Shown here in pieces: positions 1 to 10,493 of a stretch of DNA of 59,344 nucleotides (positions are counted from its first letter, which is position 1; every line of letters starts with the position of its first letter). Made by a program: the position numbers and the translations under genes. Source of the stretch: Microbacteriaceae bacterium (lineage in GTDB: Bacteria > Actinomycetota > Actinomycetes > Actinomycetales > Microbacteriaceae); assembly GCA_046063405.1 (NCBI GenBank), contig JBJTMF010000063.1:1-59344 (forward strand), in the 5' to 3' direction. Below the pieces are notes generated by a model that saw only the letters and a program-made list of their open reading frames with translations, was not told the origin of the DNA and searched no databases.

Positions 1-39
1 CAAGATGTCTGCGGTATCGAAACTGTTCACCTTTGACAC
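1..39 (-). CDS. acnA: 5' end of probable aconitate hydratase A (runs off window)
   Basis: GTG at 39 with GAGGAG RBS upstream; reads MSKVNSFDTADIL, similar to actinobacterial AcnA N-termini (MSxVNSF). Only 13 codons visible; not in the ORF track. Confidence 0.5.
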   Translation of the reverse strand, partial: MSKVNSFDTADIL

Positions 40-78
40 GAATACTCCTCGATTAGAAACAACCCTTCAAAAATACCA

Positions 79-744
79 CTACCTTGTGGTGGATGGGTTC
101 TCGTCACGCTTACGCAAGATGAGCCAAGTGAAAAAACACCAAAGACCAAACATGGGTAATCCAAAAGCAGTTTTGATGAAACCTAGAACTACGACTTGCC
201 CACTCAGATATAGAGGCAGTTGTACAGAAAGGCGAAGCGCATAGAGCCCCGCCCACATTACGGTTAGCAACTGCATTTTTCTAAAAGTGGAACGATCCTT
301 TCGCCACCCATCAGGCAATTCACCAAGCGCCTTAAGCAGGAAACCGAATGCAGGAAACCGAAACAACGCCGTAAGCACAAGTCCAGCAGCCCAAACTGTG
401 TTCACCCAAAAATCCTTAATGAAAAAATCGCCGGCGCCTCCACGTAGCGCCATCCAGGCCGAAAAAGCCACTCCAAGAACCGAAGCGATGGCATTCATGA
501 CCGGGCGTTTTTTTACGATTTGGAGCACAAATATGACGGCAGCCAACCCAAGTGCAATAGATACTGCCCACAGAACCGATGAAGTGATTCCAAAGACTAT
601 CGAAAAGCTAATTGGCGGGATAGCTGTTTCAATAAGCCCAAACGGCCCACCAATGCTTTTCCAGATCGATCTGACGCTGAAGACAGGTTCTCCCTTTTCG
701 TCCAGCTCCAGACCGAGCCAGCGATTAAGCCCGCTATCGCTCAC
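79..744 (-). CDS. DUF3159 family membrane protein
   Basis: Multi-TM protein with GGPFGLIETAIPP and LRLSVQLPLYL motifs; usual dut-DUF3710-DUF3159 order. Confidence 0.8.
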   Translation of the reverse strand: MSDSGLNRWLGLELDEKGEPVFSVRSIWKSIGGPFGLIETAIPPISFSIVFGITSSVLWAVSIALGLAAVIFVLQIVKKRPVMNAIASVLGVAFSAWMALRGGAGDFFIKDFWVNTVWAAGLVLTALFRFPAFGFLLKALGELPDGWRKDRSTFRKMQLLTVMWAGLYALRLSVQLPLYLSGQVVVLGFIKTAFGLPMFGLWCFFTWLILRKRDENPSTTR

Positions 745-1316
745 AACTGCCTAGGCGGAGCAACATTGCCGGCAGGGAGCTTCAGACTCAATAACTCACG
801 CGGAGGCATTGGGTCGTCACCGCGATCCACCACCAGACTCTTGTAGAGCGCGTCAATCACGTCGTTGGCCTGCGGGTCTTCGAGCGCTGCACCAGAGATG
901 GAGCCGCGTAAGAACCATCGTGGTCCATCGGTGCCAACGAACCGCACGTTCGCAACGGCACCATCGGCGTTCGGTACCTGCACCTCGATGGACGCTCCGA
1001 GACTTGAGATTGAGTGTTCGACCACTGAACCTTGAGCTTGGAAATTGGATAGGAGTTGCTCGCGCACCTCAGGCCAAATTTCCTCCGACCTCGCTGAACT
1101 AAAAACCGATACTTGCAACACCGAATCAGCCAACTCGAGAGTCACCGCAACCAGCCGCTGTGTGTCCGGTTCCATTTCACCTTTGATGACCAAACCCTGA
1201 ATCGTTGCTGGGACAAGTATGTGTCCGAAATCAACGTAGTTATCTCGCGAGGCAATCACAGAGATATCACTTGGGCCGGCAAGAGGAATAGGGCCAGTAT
1301 TACCTAGAAGACCCAT
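741..1316 (-). CDS. DUF3710 family protein
   Basis: YVDFG, RFVGTDGPRWFLRG and VVDRGDDPMPPRE motifs; lies downstream of dut. Confidence 0.85.
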   Translation of the reverse strand: MGLLGNTGPIPLAGPSDISVIASRDNYVDFGHILVPATIQGLVIKGEMEPDTQRLVAVTLELADSVLQVSVFSSARSEEIWPEVREQLLSNFQAQGSVVEHSISSLGASIEVQVPNADGAVANVRFVGTDGPRWFLRGSISGAALEDPQANDVIDALYKSLVVDRGDDPMPPRELLSLKLPAGNVAPPRQL

Positions 1317-1753
1317 TAGCTGACTCCTGTTGATCCGAAGCCAGAACCACCACGATGAGACTCCGGCAATGCTTCAACCCTAATGAAGTGAGCCATGACA
1401 ACCTCTTGGATGAGAAGTTGGGCAATCCTGTCGCCTTTTTCGATAACGAAGTCGGTGTCACTGGTATTCAATAGCGTCACCTTTACCTCACCGCGGTATC
1501 CAGCATCTACTGTGCCAGGCGCGTTCAAAACAGTTATTCCGTTTTTAATCGCGAGTCCAGACCTCGGGTGAACTAAACCAACAAAGCCTTCTGGAAGTGC
1601 GATCGAGATTCCCGTTGCGATGAGTGCACGTTGCCCTGCACGCAACACTAAATGCTCGGCCGACCGTAGATCAGCGCCGGCATCTCCAGGTTGCGCATAT
1701 GAAGGCAGCATCTCATCGGCGCAGACAATAAGTACGGGCACATTTTGAGTCAT
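1316..1753 (-). CDS. dut: dUTP diphosphatase
   Basis: Motifs AGADL, PRSGLA, GTVDAGYRGE, RIAQL, RGGSGFGSTG. Confidence 0.97.
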   Translation of the reverse strand: MTQNVPVLIVCADEMLPSYAQPGDAGADLRSAEHLVLRAGQRALIATGISIALPEGFVGLVHPRSGLAIKNGITVLNAPGTVDAGYRGEVKVTLLNTSDTDFVIEKGDRIAQLLIQEVVMAHFIRVEALPESHRGGSGFGSTGVS

Positions 1754-1760
1754 GGGTTAG

Positions 1761-1770
1761 AGCGTAATCT
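1761..1770. promoter_or_regulatory. Overlapping divergent -10 elements of leaderless dut and DUF3093 promoters
   Basis: TACGCT (- strand, 1761-1766) 7 nt before the dut ATG; TAATCT (+ strand, 1765-1770) 6 nt before ATG 1777; no RBS in the 23-bp gap. Confidence 0.6.
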
Positions 1771-1776
1771 AGAAAC

Positions 1777-2259
1777 ATGTCAGGAAAGAACAGCGCCACA
1801 GCGGTCGAATACGAGGAAAAAGTAGCGCCTTCGCTCGCACTTTATTTGCCAGTTCTATTTGTCTTTCCAGCGGTGTTGCTAGTTATCCTGCCGATCGGCG
1901 GATGGCAGCCAGCGATCCTGATTGGTGCCTCCTTCACGGGCTTGACGGCTTTTGGGGTATCGAAGTTGGGTCATCGAATTTCGATCGCAAGCACAGATGC
2001 AGGCCCGATGTTGCAAGTTGGTCAAGCGAGAATTTCAGTTCAACATCTTGGAACATTCACGGTCATCAGTGGTGCGGAGCTCCGCACTGCAGCCGGCCCA
2101 AGTCTTCATGCGCTGAGCTACCGGAAACTTCAGCCTCACACTGGACATCTCGTACAAATCGACGTCACGGATGACGCTGACCCGACACCATATTGGATTT
2201 TTAGTTCGAGAAAGCCTGAAGCGCTGCGCGATGCCTATCTAAAGGCTAAGTCGAACTAG
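1777..2259 (+). CDS. DUF3093 family membrane protein
   Basis: Two N-terminal TMs, C-terminal DDADPTPYWIFSSRKPE motif; divergent from dut. Confidence 0.85.
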   Translation: MSGKNSATAVEYEEKVAPSLALYLPVLFVFPAVLLVILPIGGWQPAILIGASFTGLTAFGVSKLGHRISIASTDAGPMLQVGQARISVQHLGTFTVISGAELRTAAGPSLHALSYRKLQPHTGHLVQIDVTDDADPTPYWIFSSRKPEALRDAYLKAKSN

Positions 2260-2543
2260 CCCTCGCACTCAGTGCAAACTGGGCCGGTCTTCTTGTTTTT
2301 GGCCAGCAGACTGTGATGTTTGACAATGAAACACTCACTGCAGGTAAATTCGTCCTCTTGCGGTGGAAGGACAACGACCTCAAGATCTTCAGCAATAACC
2401 TCATGTCCCAGGATGCCTTCGCCGTGTTCGGCTTCATCAATGTCTGGTGAACTAGAGATTTTTTCAGGGATGCGCTCCTTGATTGCCTCCAACGACTCCG
2501 CGTCGTCATCGGTTTTGCGTGGGGCATCGTAATCGGTTGCCAT
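2256..2543 (-). CDS. DUF4193 family protein
   Basis: Family N-terminus MATDYDAPRK (ATG 2543, RBS GAGGAAGG); DEFTCSECFIVKH...CTEC. Confidence 0.9.
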   Translation of the reverse strand: MATDYDAPRKTDDDAESLEAIKERIPEKISSSPDIDEAEHGEGILGHEVIAEDLEVVVLPPQEDEFTCSECFIVKHHSLLAKNKKTGPVCTECEG

Positions 2544-2732
2544 GAAGACCTTCCTCGAGTGTGGATTACTCGGCGGGCATAGTTTCACCCATAACACGCG
2601 CAAATGCAAACACATTCCCAGCGTTTCGTCACCGCGAATATTGGCGTCGCTTTTTTGATATCGGCACACCCACGGCAATAACGGGTTAAACGCCTTCCTG
2701 CTGGCAAACTGAACGCAAGACTGGAGGTCGAG

Positions 2733-3845
2733 ATGCGAGAAGTTCGACTAGCCGATAGTGAATCGGATGCGCTTATTTTGGAAACTCTCGATGGAGAGAA
2801 GTTCCGCTTATCTGTAAATGACGCTCTTAAATTTGCAGTGCGAACAGTCGGACCGAAGCCTGTTGCCCAAAGCCTGACGCCGCGAGACATACAAGACCGC
2901 ATCCGAGCCGGAGAGTCGATTGACTCGATCGTTGAAAGTTCGGGTGCAGACGCACATTTCGTCTCCACCTTCGCGCTTCCAGTTTTGGATGAACTGGAAC
3001 ACATGATCTCGAGTGCGCGTGCAGTGCGTTTGACCATCCCTGGCGATAGATTCAACGATGATTCCCAGATCGAGTTTGGAGCGCTAATCGACCAACGGCT
3101 CGCAGACAATGGAGCCGAATCGGCTAACTGGTCCAGTAAAAGATTCGATGCCACGAAGTGGCACATCACTCTGGGTTTCCAGCTTGGCGAAAACTATGGG
3201 AGCGCAACTTGGAGTTTCGACCCGCGGCGCGTAGAACTCGATCCTGAAGATGAAACAGCCGCTGCTCTATCCACGCTCGAGACGAATCCGGGTCCGCTCC
3301 CCAAGTCAAAGTTTTCAACCGAACCACCTGTGGCTTTTCGAAAGACCACAACATCCGTGGAAGCAGCGCCGGCGGCGGCTACGGTAACTGAGCTCAAACC
3401 GAAAGTTGAAAAGGTTTCGGTTATACAAGAAACAGCTATTGAAGCAGAAGCGCCTTTGCCTGTGGAACCAGATGAGGCTCCTGCTGCAGTTAGCGACGCA
3501 GCAACTGAAACCATGGCCACAGTTATAGAACTGGTTGTCGAAGACCCCGAACTGCACGAAACTGACATCGAACTTACTGAGGCGGAAGATGATGTCGACG
3601 AATCAGTGGGTGAAATCGCAGCACCGCAAAACACCGGTGATGATGAGTTGACTATCCAGGCTGATGTTTCTTCTGTTGAGCCCGAAAAAGAAGTAGAAGA
3701 AGAAATGCAACCTGCGATATCGGCAGCCCCGCCCGTTGAGTCTTCGCCAACCACGGATACTGGGTCTATTGCCGTAGCCAAAAAGGGCCGAGCATCGATG
3801 CCAAGTTGGGATGAGATTGTTTTCGGGACAAAATCCGAAGACTAA
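2733..3845 (+). CDS. sepH: Septation protein SepH (DUF3071)
   Basis: LTPRDIQDRIRAGES HTH, acidic low-complexity linker, terminal RASMPSWDEIVFG; GGAGG RBS. Confidence 0.88.
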   Translation: MREVRLADSESDALILETLDGEKFRLSVNDALKFAVRTVGPKPVAQSLTPRDIQDRIRAGESIDSIVESSGADAHFVSTFALPVLDELEHMISSARAVRLTIPGDRFNDDSQIEFGALIDQRLADNGAESANWSSKRFDATKWHITLGFQLGENYGSATWSFDPRRVELDPEDETAAALSTLETNPGPLPKSKFSTEPPVAFRKTTTSVEAAPAAATVTELKPKVEKVSVIQETAIEAEAPLPVEPDEAPAAVSDAATETMATVIELVVEDPELHETDIELTEAEDDVDESVGEIAAPQNTGDDELTIQADVSSVEPEKEVEEEMQPAISAAPPVESSPTTDTGSIAVAKKGRASMPSWDEIVFGTKSED

Positions 3846-4951
3846 AGACCTAAACGAATGAGCGGAACCCGAGTTTCGGAATCTGTTATCGAGCCGTGGT
3901 GACCAATCATTTTCAGTGAACTTGGTTTCGCCGTACGCCGATCGTAGAAAGCTACCGAGGATCGAGCCAACACCACCAAATCAGGCAATGTCCTCGACAC
4001 TGAGCCTTGAACTTGCCACCCAGCCTCCACAAGCTGTGGCCAAGTAGTCACCCAAGCGGCCGAAGAAAGCTCGGAAGATAAGTCTTTTGCCAATGTGCCG
4101 CTATCCCCTGGTTCGTCAAAATAGAGAAAAGCGCAGCGAGTATCTCCGCCTACCTTGAAATCAATGTTCGACAGTGATCCAAGCTGGTCTAGATATATGT
4201 GATCGTTGGCCTGAACATCAACCATCCCGTGGTCACCGGTAATAACCCAAGCGGCAACGCTCGATTTGCTCGCGTGACCGAAGGCCGAATCGAGCTCTTC
4301 GAGCGCAGATAGCCATTGGTCACTGGTGCTACCAAAGCGATGCCCAGCTTGATCGAGTTCTGGCACGTAGCAGTAAACCACTTGTCCCAACCGGTTGGCT
4401 AACCTGCTAGCTGTCTGAAGTCGTTCACCAATTGATGCTTCACCGTAAAAAGTCGCCGAACCGGTGGTCAGGCTGGTGAAACCGCTATTGCGATACACAT
4501 CTTGGGAAACAACGCACACGTTAGTGTGCCTTGTAGCTAGTGGCTGAACTTTCTTCCACTCGGCAGGATCATTGCCATTTACTTCCCATCCGGAAAGTAG
4601 ATTGACGACCTCGCCTTGGCGTGGATCGAGAACGTTGTAACCAATCAACCCGTGTTCGGCTGAACGAACGCCGGTGAGCAGACTAGCGACGCTGGCAACC
4701 GTCGTAGAGGGGCATTCGGTACGAATCGATGCAGGCTTAGCCTTCATAGCTCTCATGAGGTTTGGAGCGTGACCTTGGAAAGCTTCGAGATTGGCTAGCC
4801 CTAGGCCATCGACGAGCAACACGATGACCGACTTACAGGAATTGAATCCCATGGGATTTGTCTCGCCAGCAACGGCCGCAATAGAGCTACTCAACACAAG
4901 GCTCAATCTCCCGACATCCTTGGGCGCCGCAGGTATCCTCGTATTCGTCAT
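3842..4951 (-). CDS. Alkaline phosphatase superfamily nucleotide pyrophosphatase/phosphodiesterase
   Basis: LLVDGLG, PSTT nucleophile motif, LDQAGH, TGDHG, GHHGS. Confidence 0.88.
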   Translation of the reverse strand: MTNTRIPAAPKDVGRLSLVLSSSIAAVAGETNPMGFNSCKSVIVLLVDGLGLANLEAFQGHAPNLMRAMKAKPASIRTECPSTTVASVASLLTGVRSAEHGLIGYNVLDPRQGEVVNLLSGWEVNGNDPAEWKKVQPLATRHTNVCVVSQDVYRNSGFTSLTTGSATFYGEASIGERLQTASRLANRLGQVVYCYVPELDQAGHRFGSTSDQWLSALEELDSAFGHASKSSVAAWVITGDHGMVDVQANDHIYLDQLGSLSNIDFKVGGDTRCAFLYFDEPGDSGTLAKDLSSELSSAAWVTTWPQLVEAGWQVQGSVSRTLPDLVVLARSSVAFYDRRTAKPSSLKMIGHHGSITDSETRVPLIRLGL

Positions 4952-4986
4952 CGAAGCAAGTTTGCCACAGACGGCTAGAAAGCAGC

Positions 4987-7404
4987 ATGAGCAAGGAAAA
5001 TCACCTAGACGAGAAGATCGTAGATATCGATCTAACTGCCGAAATGCAGGACTCGTTCCTCGAGTACTCGTATTCGGTGATCTATGCGCGCGCGTTGCCA
5101 GATGCTCGTGATGGTCTAAAACCTGTTCACCGACGCATTATCTACCAGATGGGTGAGATGGGTCTTCGGCCCGATCGCGGACACGTGAAATCTGCCCGTG
5201 TATCTGGTGAGGTAATGGGTAAGTTGCACCCTCATGGCGATGGTGCTATCTACGATGCGATGGTGCGCATGGCTCAGCCATTCACATTGCGTGTTCCACT
5301 AATTGATGGACACGGCAACTTTGGATCGCTGGATGATGGGCCAGCAGCGGCACGCTATACCGAAGCCAGACTCTCTAACGCGGCCTTGTTGATGAACCAA
5401 GATCTTGATGAAGACGTCGTTGATTTCAAGCCCAACTATGACGCACAGCTAACCGAACCCGAGGTACTCCCAGCAGCCTTCCCGAACCTACTCGTCAACG
5501 GGTCTTCTGGCATCGCCGTTGGTATGGCAACCAACATGCCACCGCACAACCTTGGAGAAGTGGTTGCCGCGGCCATCCACCTGCTCGAAAACCCAGAAGC
5601 AGATACTGCCGACTTGATGCGATTCGTGCCGGGTCCAGATTTACCAACTGGCGGCATCATTGTGGGTCTCGACGGAATCAAAGAAGCCTACGAAACGGGA
5701 CGTGGAGTTTTCAAAACACGCGCGCGCGTCTCGATCGAATCTGTCGGTCCTCGAAAAATGGGACTCGTTGTAACCGAACTTCCATTCCTAGTCGGCCCTG
5801 AGAAGGTAATCGAGAAAATCAAAGACGGTGTTAACAACAAAAAGATTGTTGGCATATCGGATGTGACCGACCTGACCGACCGGACCAACGGATTGCGTCT
5901 GGTTATCGAGCTGAAAACAGGATTTGACCCGCAAGTTGTTCTAGACCTGCTCTACCGATACACGCCAATGGAAGATTCTTTTGGCATCAACAACGTGACT
6001 CTCGTTAACGGGCGCCCAAATACTCTCGGACTTCGCGACCTATTGGGCGTTTATCTAGCCCACCGAATCACGGTTACTAAACGGCGCAGTAAGAACCGGC
6101 TAGGCAAGCGTGAAGCACGCCTGCACCTGGTCGAGGGGCTCTTGGTCGCGATCCTTAGTATCGACGAAGTTATTCAAGTGATTCGCTCGAGCGATGAGGT
6201 TGATGAAGCTCGATCAAAACTCATGTCAGTCTTCGACCTTTCGGAACAGCAGGCTGAATACATTCTTGAACTTCGCCTACGTCGACTCACGAAATTCTCC
6301 AAAATTGAACTTGACGCCGAAAAAGCAAAACTGCTCGAAGAGATAGCCGAATTGCGCGAAATTCTGTCCAACGACCGCGTTCTGCGGAAATTGGTTACCG
6401 ACGAACTTGCAGCGGTAGCGGCACAGTTTGCAGATCCACGTCGAACCACTCTCTTGGGTGCGGAGGCGGCAATCACAGCTGCAACGACCTCGGCTCGTCC
6501 CACCGCGGCTACTGCTGAGCTTGCGGACACTGAAACGAAAATTGTGTTGACGGCTACCGGCCTGTTGGCCCGCTGTGACCAATTGTTGGAAAGCACTAAA
6601 AGAACCAAACACGATGCCGTAGCGCAGGTCTTTGCAACAACCACTCGATCCGACATCGGAGCACTCACTTCAACTGGGCGCGTAATCCGTGTTCACGTCG
6701 GTGATGTTCCTAACTCAGGCGAACAATTCGACGTATCTGCGGCAATCAAAGCCGCACCATTTTTCGGGCTTGCATCAGGCGAAACTTTGATCTCAATACT
6801 TGACCTGAATGATGCCACCGAGTACGTAATGGGAACGGCGAACGGAGTGGTTAAGCGGGTCGTGGCGGACTTTCCGGTCAAACCAGAATTTGAAGTTATC
6901 AGCCTCAAAGATGGCGACAAAGTTATTGGTGCAGCCCGATTAGCTGCTGAAGGACGGTTATTCTTCGTAGCCAGTGACGCACAAACTTTGGCTTTCGATT
7001 CCTCAACTCTTCGAGCCCAGGGGCGCCCCGCTGCAGGTGTAGCAGGCATTAACCTTTCTGCCACCGCAAAGGCCATCTATTTTGGGCTAGAACCGGGGAA
7101 TTCATCAGTTTTGATTACCGGAGCGAATTCTTCACAGGCTCTAGCGGGCACCGACTCCGGCAGTATCAAGGTTTCGCCGACCACCGAAATTCCTTCTAAG
7201 GGAAGGGCCACAGGTGGAGTGCGTGGGCATAAATTCATTCGAAACGAAGACCAACTTTTCTTTGCATCGGTAGCCCCCGCCGATTGCATTGCAAACGCCG
7301 TTGATGGAAAGCCATTTGAGCTACCAGAGCCAACTAAGCGTGATGCGAGCGGTACGGCAACGGCTCAAATCATTGGCGCGGTAGGCGTGAAAGCGAGTCA
7401 ATAG
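4987..7404 (+). CDS. parC: DNA topoisomerase IV subunit A (GyrA-like)
   Basis: [29 protein letters not shown] catalytic Tyr; no canonical GyrA-box; not at the oriC gyrBA locus. Confidence 0.9.
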   Translation: MSKENHLDEKIVDIDLTAEMQDSFLEYSYSVIYARALPDARDGLKPVHRRIIYQMGEMGLRPDRGHVKSARVSGEVMGKLHPHGDGAIYDAMVRMAQPFTLRVPLIDGHGNFGSLDDGPAAARYTEARLSNAALLMNQDLDEDVVDFKPNYDAQLTEPEVLPAAFPNLLVNGSSGIAVGMATNMPPHNLGEVVAAAIHLLENPEADTADLMRFVPGPDLPTGGIIVGLDGIKEAYETGRGVFKTRARVSIESVGPRKMGLVVTELPFLVGPEKVIEKIKDGVNNKKIVGISDVTDLTDRTNGLRLVIELKTGFDPQVVLDLLYRYTPMEDSFGINNVTLVNGRPNTLGLRDLLGVYLAHRITVTKRRSKNRLGKREARLHLVEGLLVAILSIDEVIQVIRSSDEVDEARSKLMSVFDLSEQQAEYILELRLRRLTKFSKIELDAEKAKLLEEIAELREILSNDRVLRKLVTDELAAVAAQFADPRRTTLLGAEAAITAATTSARPTAATAELADTETKIVLTATGLLARCDQLLESTKRTKHDAVAQVFATTTRSDIGALTSTGRVIRVHVGDVPNSGEQFDVSAAIKAAPFFGLASGETLISILDLNDATEYVMGTANGVVKRVVADFPVKPEFEVISLKDGDKVIGAARLAAEGRLFFVASDAQTLAFDSSTLRAQGRPAAGVAGINLSATAKAIYFGLEPGNSSVLITGANSSQALAGTDSGSIKVSPTTEIPSKGRATGGVRGHKFIRNEDQLFFASVAPADCIANAVDGKPFELPEPTKRDASGTATAQIIGAVGVKASQ

Positions 7405-7455
7405 GCTTGAAAAGGCCCTTGAGCGCGGCTCAAAATAGTTCAGAATCGTGAATGT

Positions 7456-9537
7456 TTAGGCGTCTAGCCGTTCAACATCGAAGGCATCTGCACTATCGAT
7501 GATGAAATCACGGCGAGGAGCAACCTCATTGCCCATTAGAAGTTCAAACATGCGTTCTGCCGCGGCGGCATCTGCCACTTGCACTCGTCGTAAAGTTCTC
7601 CGGTTGCGGTCCATGGTGGTTTCTGCCAGCTGATCGGCATCCATCTCACCTAGGCCCTTATAGCGCTGAATTGGCTCCTGGTAGCGCTTTCCTGTGGCCT
7701 TGAGTTTTGCTAGGAGCGATTCGAGTTCCGCCTGACTATAGGTGTAGATGACCTCGTTTGCCTTAGACCCCGGGTTGACCACAACTACGCGGTGAAGCGG
7801 TGGAACGGCTGCAAAAACGCGTCCAGCTTCGACCAGGGGTCTCATGTAGCGGAAGAACAGCGTTAGGAGCAGTGTGCGGATGTGCGCTCCGTCTACATCG
7901 GCATCGCTCATAAGCACGATTTTGCCGTAACGAGCGGCATCAAGATCGAAGGAGCGACCGCTACCAGAACCAATCACCTGGATGATCGAGGCACATTCGG
8001 TGTTTGAAAGCATGTCACTTACAGACGCCTTCTGAACATTGAGAATTTTGCCTCTAATGGGAAGTAGTGCCTGATATTCAGAATCGCGTGCGAGCTTGGC
8101 CGTGCCCAGTGCCGAGTCGCCCTCCACGATGAAGAGTTCTGAAACATCCGTTTCTTGGGTCCGACAATCAACCAGTTTGGTCGGAAGCGAAGAACTTTCC
8201 AGTGCATTTTTTCGTCTTTGCGTTTCCTTATGAGTCCTCGCAGATATGCGCGACTTCATCTCGGCGACGACCTTCTCAAGAAGTAGCGCCGACTGCGCTT
8301 TTTCGTCTCGCTTACTCGAGGTCAGACGTTCGGTGAGCGCCTTAGAGACAATGCTGGTAACTATGTTGCGGACCGCGGGGGTGCCGAGCACCTCTTTGGT
8401 TTGCCCTTCAAATTGCGGCTCTGCCAGTCGCACAGTCACGACTGCTGTAAGACCTGCAAGAATGTCTTCTTTTTCGAGTTTGTCGTTCCCAAGCTTAAGT
8501 TTTCGAGCGTTGGACTCAACCTGCGATCGAACAGTCTTCAGTAGCGCCTGCTCGAAACCGGCAAGGTGGGTTCCGCCCTTTGGTGTGGCGATGATGTTTA
8601 CGAATGACTTCACGGTGGTGTCATACCCAGTGCCCCAGCGAACCGCCACATCGACAGAGCATTTTCTGTTGACCTCGCGCGACTCCATGTTTCCGACTTC
8701 GTTTAGAACGGGCACTGTCTCGGTGAATTCAGACTCTCCACTCAGACGCCAGGTTGAGGTCAACGGTGCATCACTAGCCAAGAAATCCGCGAACTCGAGA
8801 ATTCCACCTTCGTACTTAAATTTGTGCTCGGTTGGCTCGCCTGCTCGTTCATCCACTACATCGAGCGCCAGACCTGGAACTAAAAACGCGGTTTGCCTAG
8901 CCCGTGCTAGCAAATCGTCAAGTACGAAGTTGGCATCTTTTACGAATATTTGAGGGTCTGCCCAATAGCGAACCCGAGTTCCTGTCGAACCCTTCGCACT
9001 CTTGCCGATCACTCGAAGTTCGCTCGAACTTTCGAATGGCTTGAACTGATTCGTAGCCCGAATGCCGTTGGAATCATCGAAAATGCCGGGTTCACCGCGA
9101 TGGAAGCTCATGGCAAAAGTTTTACCGTCGCGGTCGACTTCAACATCGAGCCGTTCACTCAATGCATTTACTACCGACGCTCCCACACCATGCAAACCGC
9201 CGGATGCCGCATAAGAGCCAGAACCAAACTTCCCACCAGCATGCAGTTTCGTGAAAACCACTTCGACACCGGTCAAGCCGGTTTTCGGTTCGATGTCAAC
9301 CGGGATTCCGCGAGCTTTATCGCGAACTTCAACCGAACCATCAGCATGGAGATGCACGTCAATCTGATTCCCGTGGCCGGCAAGCGCTTCATCGACGGAG
9401 TTATCAATAATCTCCCAGAGGCAGTGCATGAGACCGCGAGAATCGGTGCTTCCGATGTACATTCCGGGGCGTTTGCGGACAGCCTCTAACCCCTCTAGAA
9501 CAGAGAGGTGACGCGCAGAATAATCGGTGTTTGGCAC
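7456..9537 (-). CDS. parE: DNA topoisomerase IV subunit B (GyrB-like)
   Basis: LEAVRKRPGMYIG, EIIDNSVDE, GGLHGVG, VEGDSA, DADVDG, RYKGLGEM. Confidence 0.92.
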   Translation of the reverse strand: MPNTDYSARHLSVLEGLEAVRKRPGMYIGSTDSRGLMHCLWEIIDNSVDEALAGHGNQIDVHLHADGSVEVRDKARGIPVDIEPKTGLTGVEVVFTKLHAGGKFGSGSYAASGGLHGVGASVVNALSERLDVEVDRDGKTFAMSFHRGEPGIFDDSNGIRATNQFKPFESSSELRVIGKSAKGSTGTRVRYWADPQIFVKDANFVLDDLLARARQTAFLVPGLALDVVDERAGEPTEHKFKYEGGILEFADFLASDAPLTSTWRLSGESEFTETVPVLNEVGNMESREVNRKCSVDVAVRWGTGYDTTVKSFVNIIATPKGGTHLAGFEQALLKTVRSQVESNARKLKLGNDKLEKEDILAGLTAVVTVRLAEPQFEGQTKEVLGTPAVRNIVTSIVSKALTERLTSSKRDEKAQSALLLEKVVAEMKSRISARTHKETQRRKNALESSSLPTKLVDCRTQETDVSELFIVEGDSALGTAKLARDSEYQALLPIRGKILNVQKASVSDMLSNTECASIIQVIGSGSGRSFDLDAARYGKIVLMSDADVDGAHIRTLLLTLFFRYMRPLVEAGRVFAAVPPLHRVVVVNPGSKANEVIYTYSQAELESLLAKLKATGKRYQEPIQRYKGLGEMDADQLAETTMDRNRRTLRRVQVADAAAAERMFELLMGNEVAPRRDFIIDSADAFDVERLDA

Positions 9538-9666
9538 CTTAGAATCGTACGAGCCTCAGCCACAAATACTGCAGTAGACACCCCGAAACACTTCGCAGTT
9601 AGCGAAACAGTCCGCAAATGAGGGTGTTTTGTCCCAGGCGTGTGGTCAAATGTTTCTGGAGGAAAA

Positions 9667-9885
9667 ATGTCCGAAACAGAAACCATCGAAACCCCAGCCG
9701 AAGTCGAAGCTAGCTTGACTGCTAACGACCGATGCGACTCATGTGGTGCACAGGCTTACGTCCGCGCCACCCTAACCTTCGGTGAGTTACTGTTTTGTCT
9801 GCACCACGCTGTTGCCAACAAGCAGGCTTTGGAACCCGTAACAGTGAAATGGCACGACGAAAGCTCCAAACTACTAGCTCGTTAG
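9667..9885 (+). CDS. Small conserved actinobacterial Cys/His (putative Zn-binding) protein, DUF7455-like
   Basis: DRCDSCGAQAYV...LLFCLHH; ATG 9667 after GGAGG RBS; adjacent to parE. Confidence 0.8.
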   Translation: MSETETIETPAEVEASLTANDRCDSCGAQAYVRATLTFGELLFCLHHAVANKQALEPVTVKWHDESSKLLAR

Positions 9886-10493
9886 GCTCCGGCCTCAAGC
9901 TGCCAGACTTTGGCCTCAAAGGCCTCTATGCGTTCCTGATTCGCAAGGTCCAGACGTGCGCCCACACGCTCCAAGATCGCCCTCGTCCACGCACCGTTCT
10001 TTGCCAGAAATGGTCCGTGCAATGTTGTTTGAATCAGCCATCCGTCGATTTCTAGTGGCTGCACGTCGAGGTCGGAGTTCAAATACCCCAGAGCCTCGCT
10101 GGGCCAAGATGCGTCTTGTTGTTGAGCGACGACGAATTCACTTCGCCGTGTGGTCAAACTAATGTTTTCCAATTGGATCAATCCGAGAGACGAACCAACG
10201 ACAAGACCAACCGCCTTTTTCCTGCGACACAGATTAGCCAGTGCCTGCAATTCGGGTCGATGCTCCGCGAGTGACGCAACGGCAGCCTTTGATCCATGAC
10301 CAAAAATTAGCACTGCCTTTGAGTCACCAGCGGCGATCTGCGCCACCGCCTCCTTAATTGCATCGAAAGAGTCAACGATCACCACCTCGTGCGCGAAATT
10401 TGACCATGAAAGCTGCTTGGCTAGAACCATCGCATTTGCCGCGTCGCCATTTAGATTGAGTCGATCGGGGAAGATCGAAAAGATTCTGATCAA
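9882..10493 (-). CDS. gatD: GatD/CobQ-like class I glutamine amidotransferase homolog lacking the catalytic Cys
   Basis: FPDRLNLNGDAAN and TLHGPFLAKN motifs; 4-bp overlap with murT; nucleophile elbow reads LVVGSSLG instead of LAICGGYQ. Confidence 0.8.
   Translation of the reverse strand: MIRIFSIFPDRLNLNGDAANAMVLAKQLSWSNFAHEVVIVDSFDAIKEAVAQIAAGDSKAVLIFGHGSKAAVASLAEHRPELQALANLCRRKKAVGLVVGSSLGLIQLENISLTTRRSEFVVAQQQDASWPSEALGYLNSDLDVQPLEIDGWLIQTTLHGPFLAKNGAWTRAILERVGARLDLANQERIEAFEAKVWQLEAGA

Noticed and set aside
5-244. + strand 79-aa ORF at the window start
   Set aside because: Antisense to DUF3159 and to the probable acnA start; no motif support
7404-7440. Hairpin TTGAGC-GCG-GCTCAA between parC and parE
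   Set aside because: Short stem with a 3-nt loop; may act as a terminator but too weak to call
8246-9489. Long + strand ORFs (235 and 179 aa) opposite parE
   Set aside because: Antisense shadows of a conserved gene; no recognisable motifs. The same applies to 3194-3781, 12833-13330, 16753-17322, 23045-23599, 28213-28977 and 40793-41599.
4987-9537. Second gyrase or unusual convergent gyrA/gyrB pair
   Set aside because: Better explained as actinobacterial topoisomerase IV (no GyrA-box, near rpoD and sepH); I cannot show the orientation is unusual for the family
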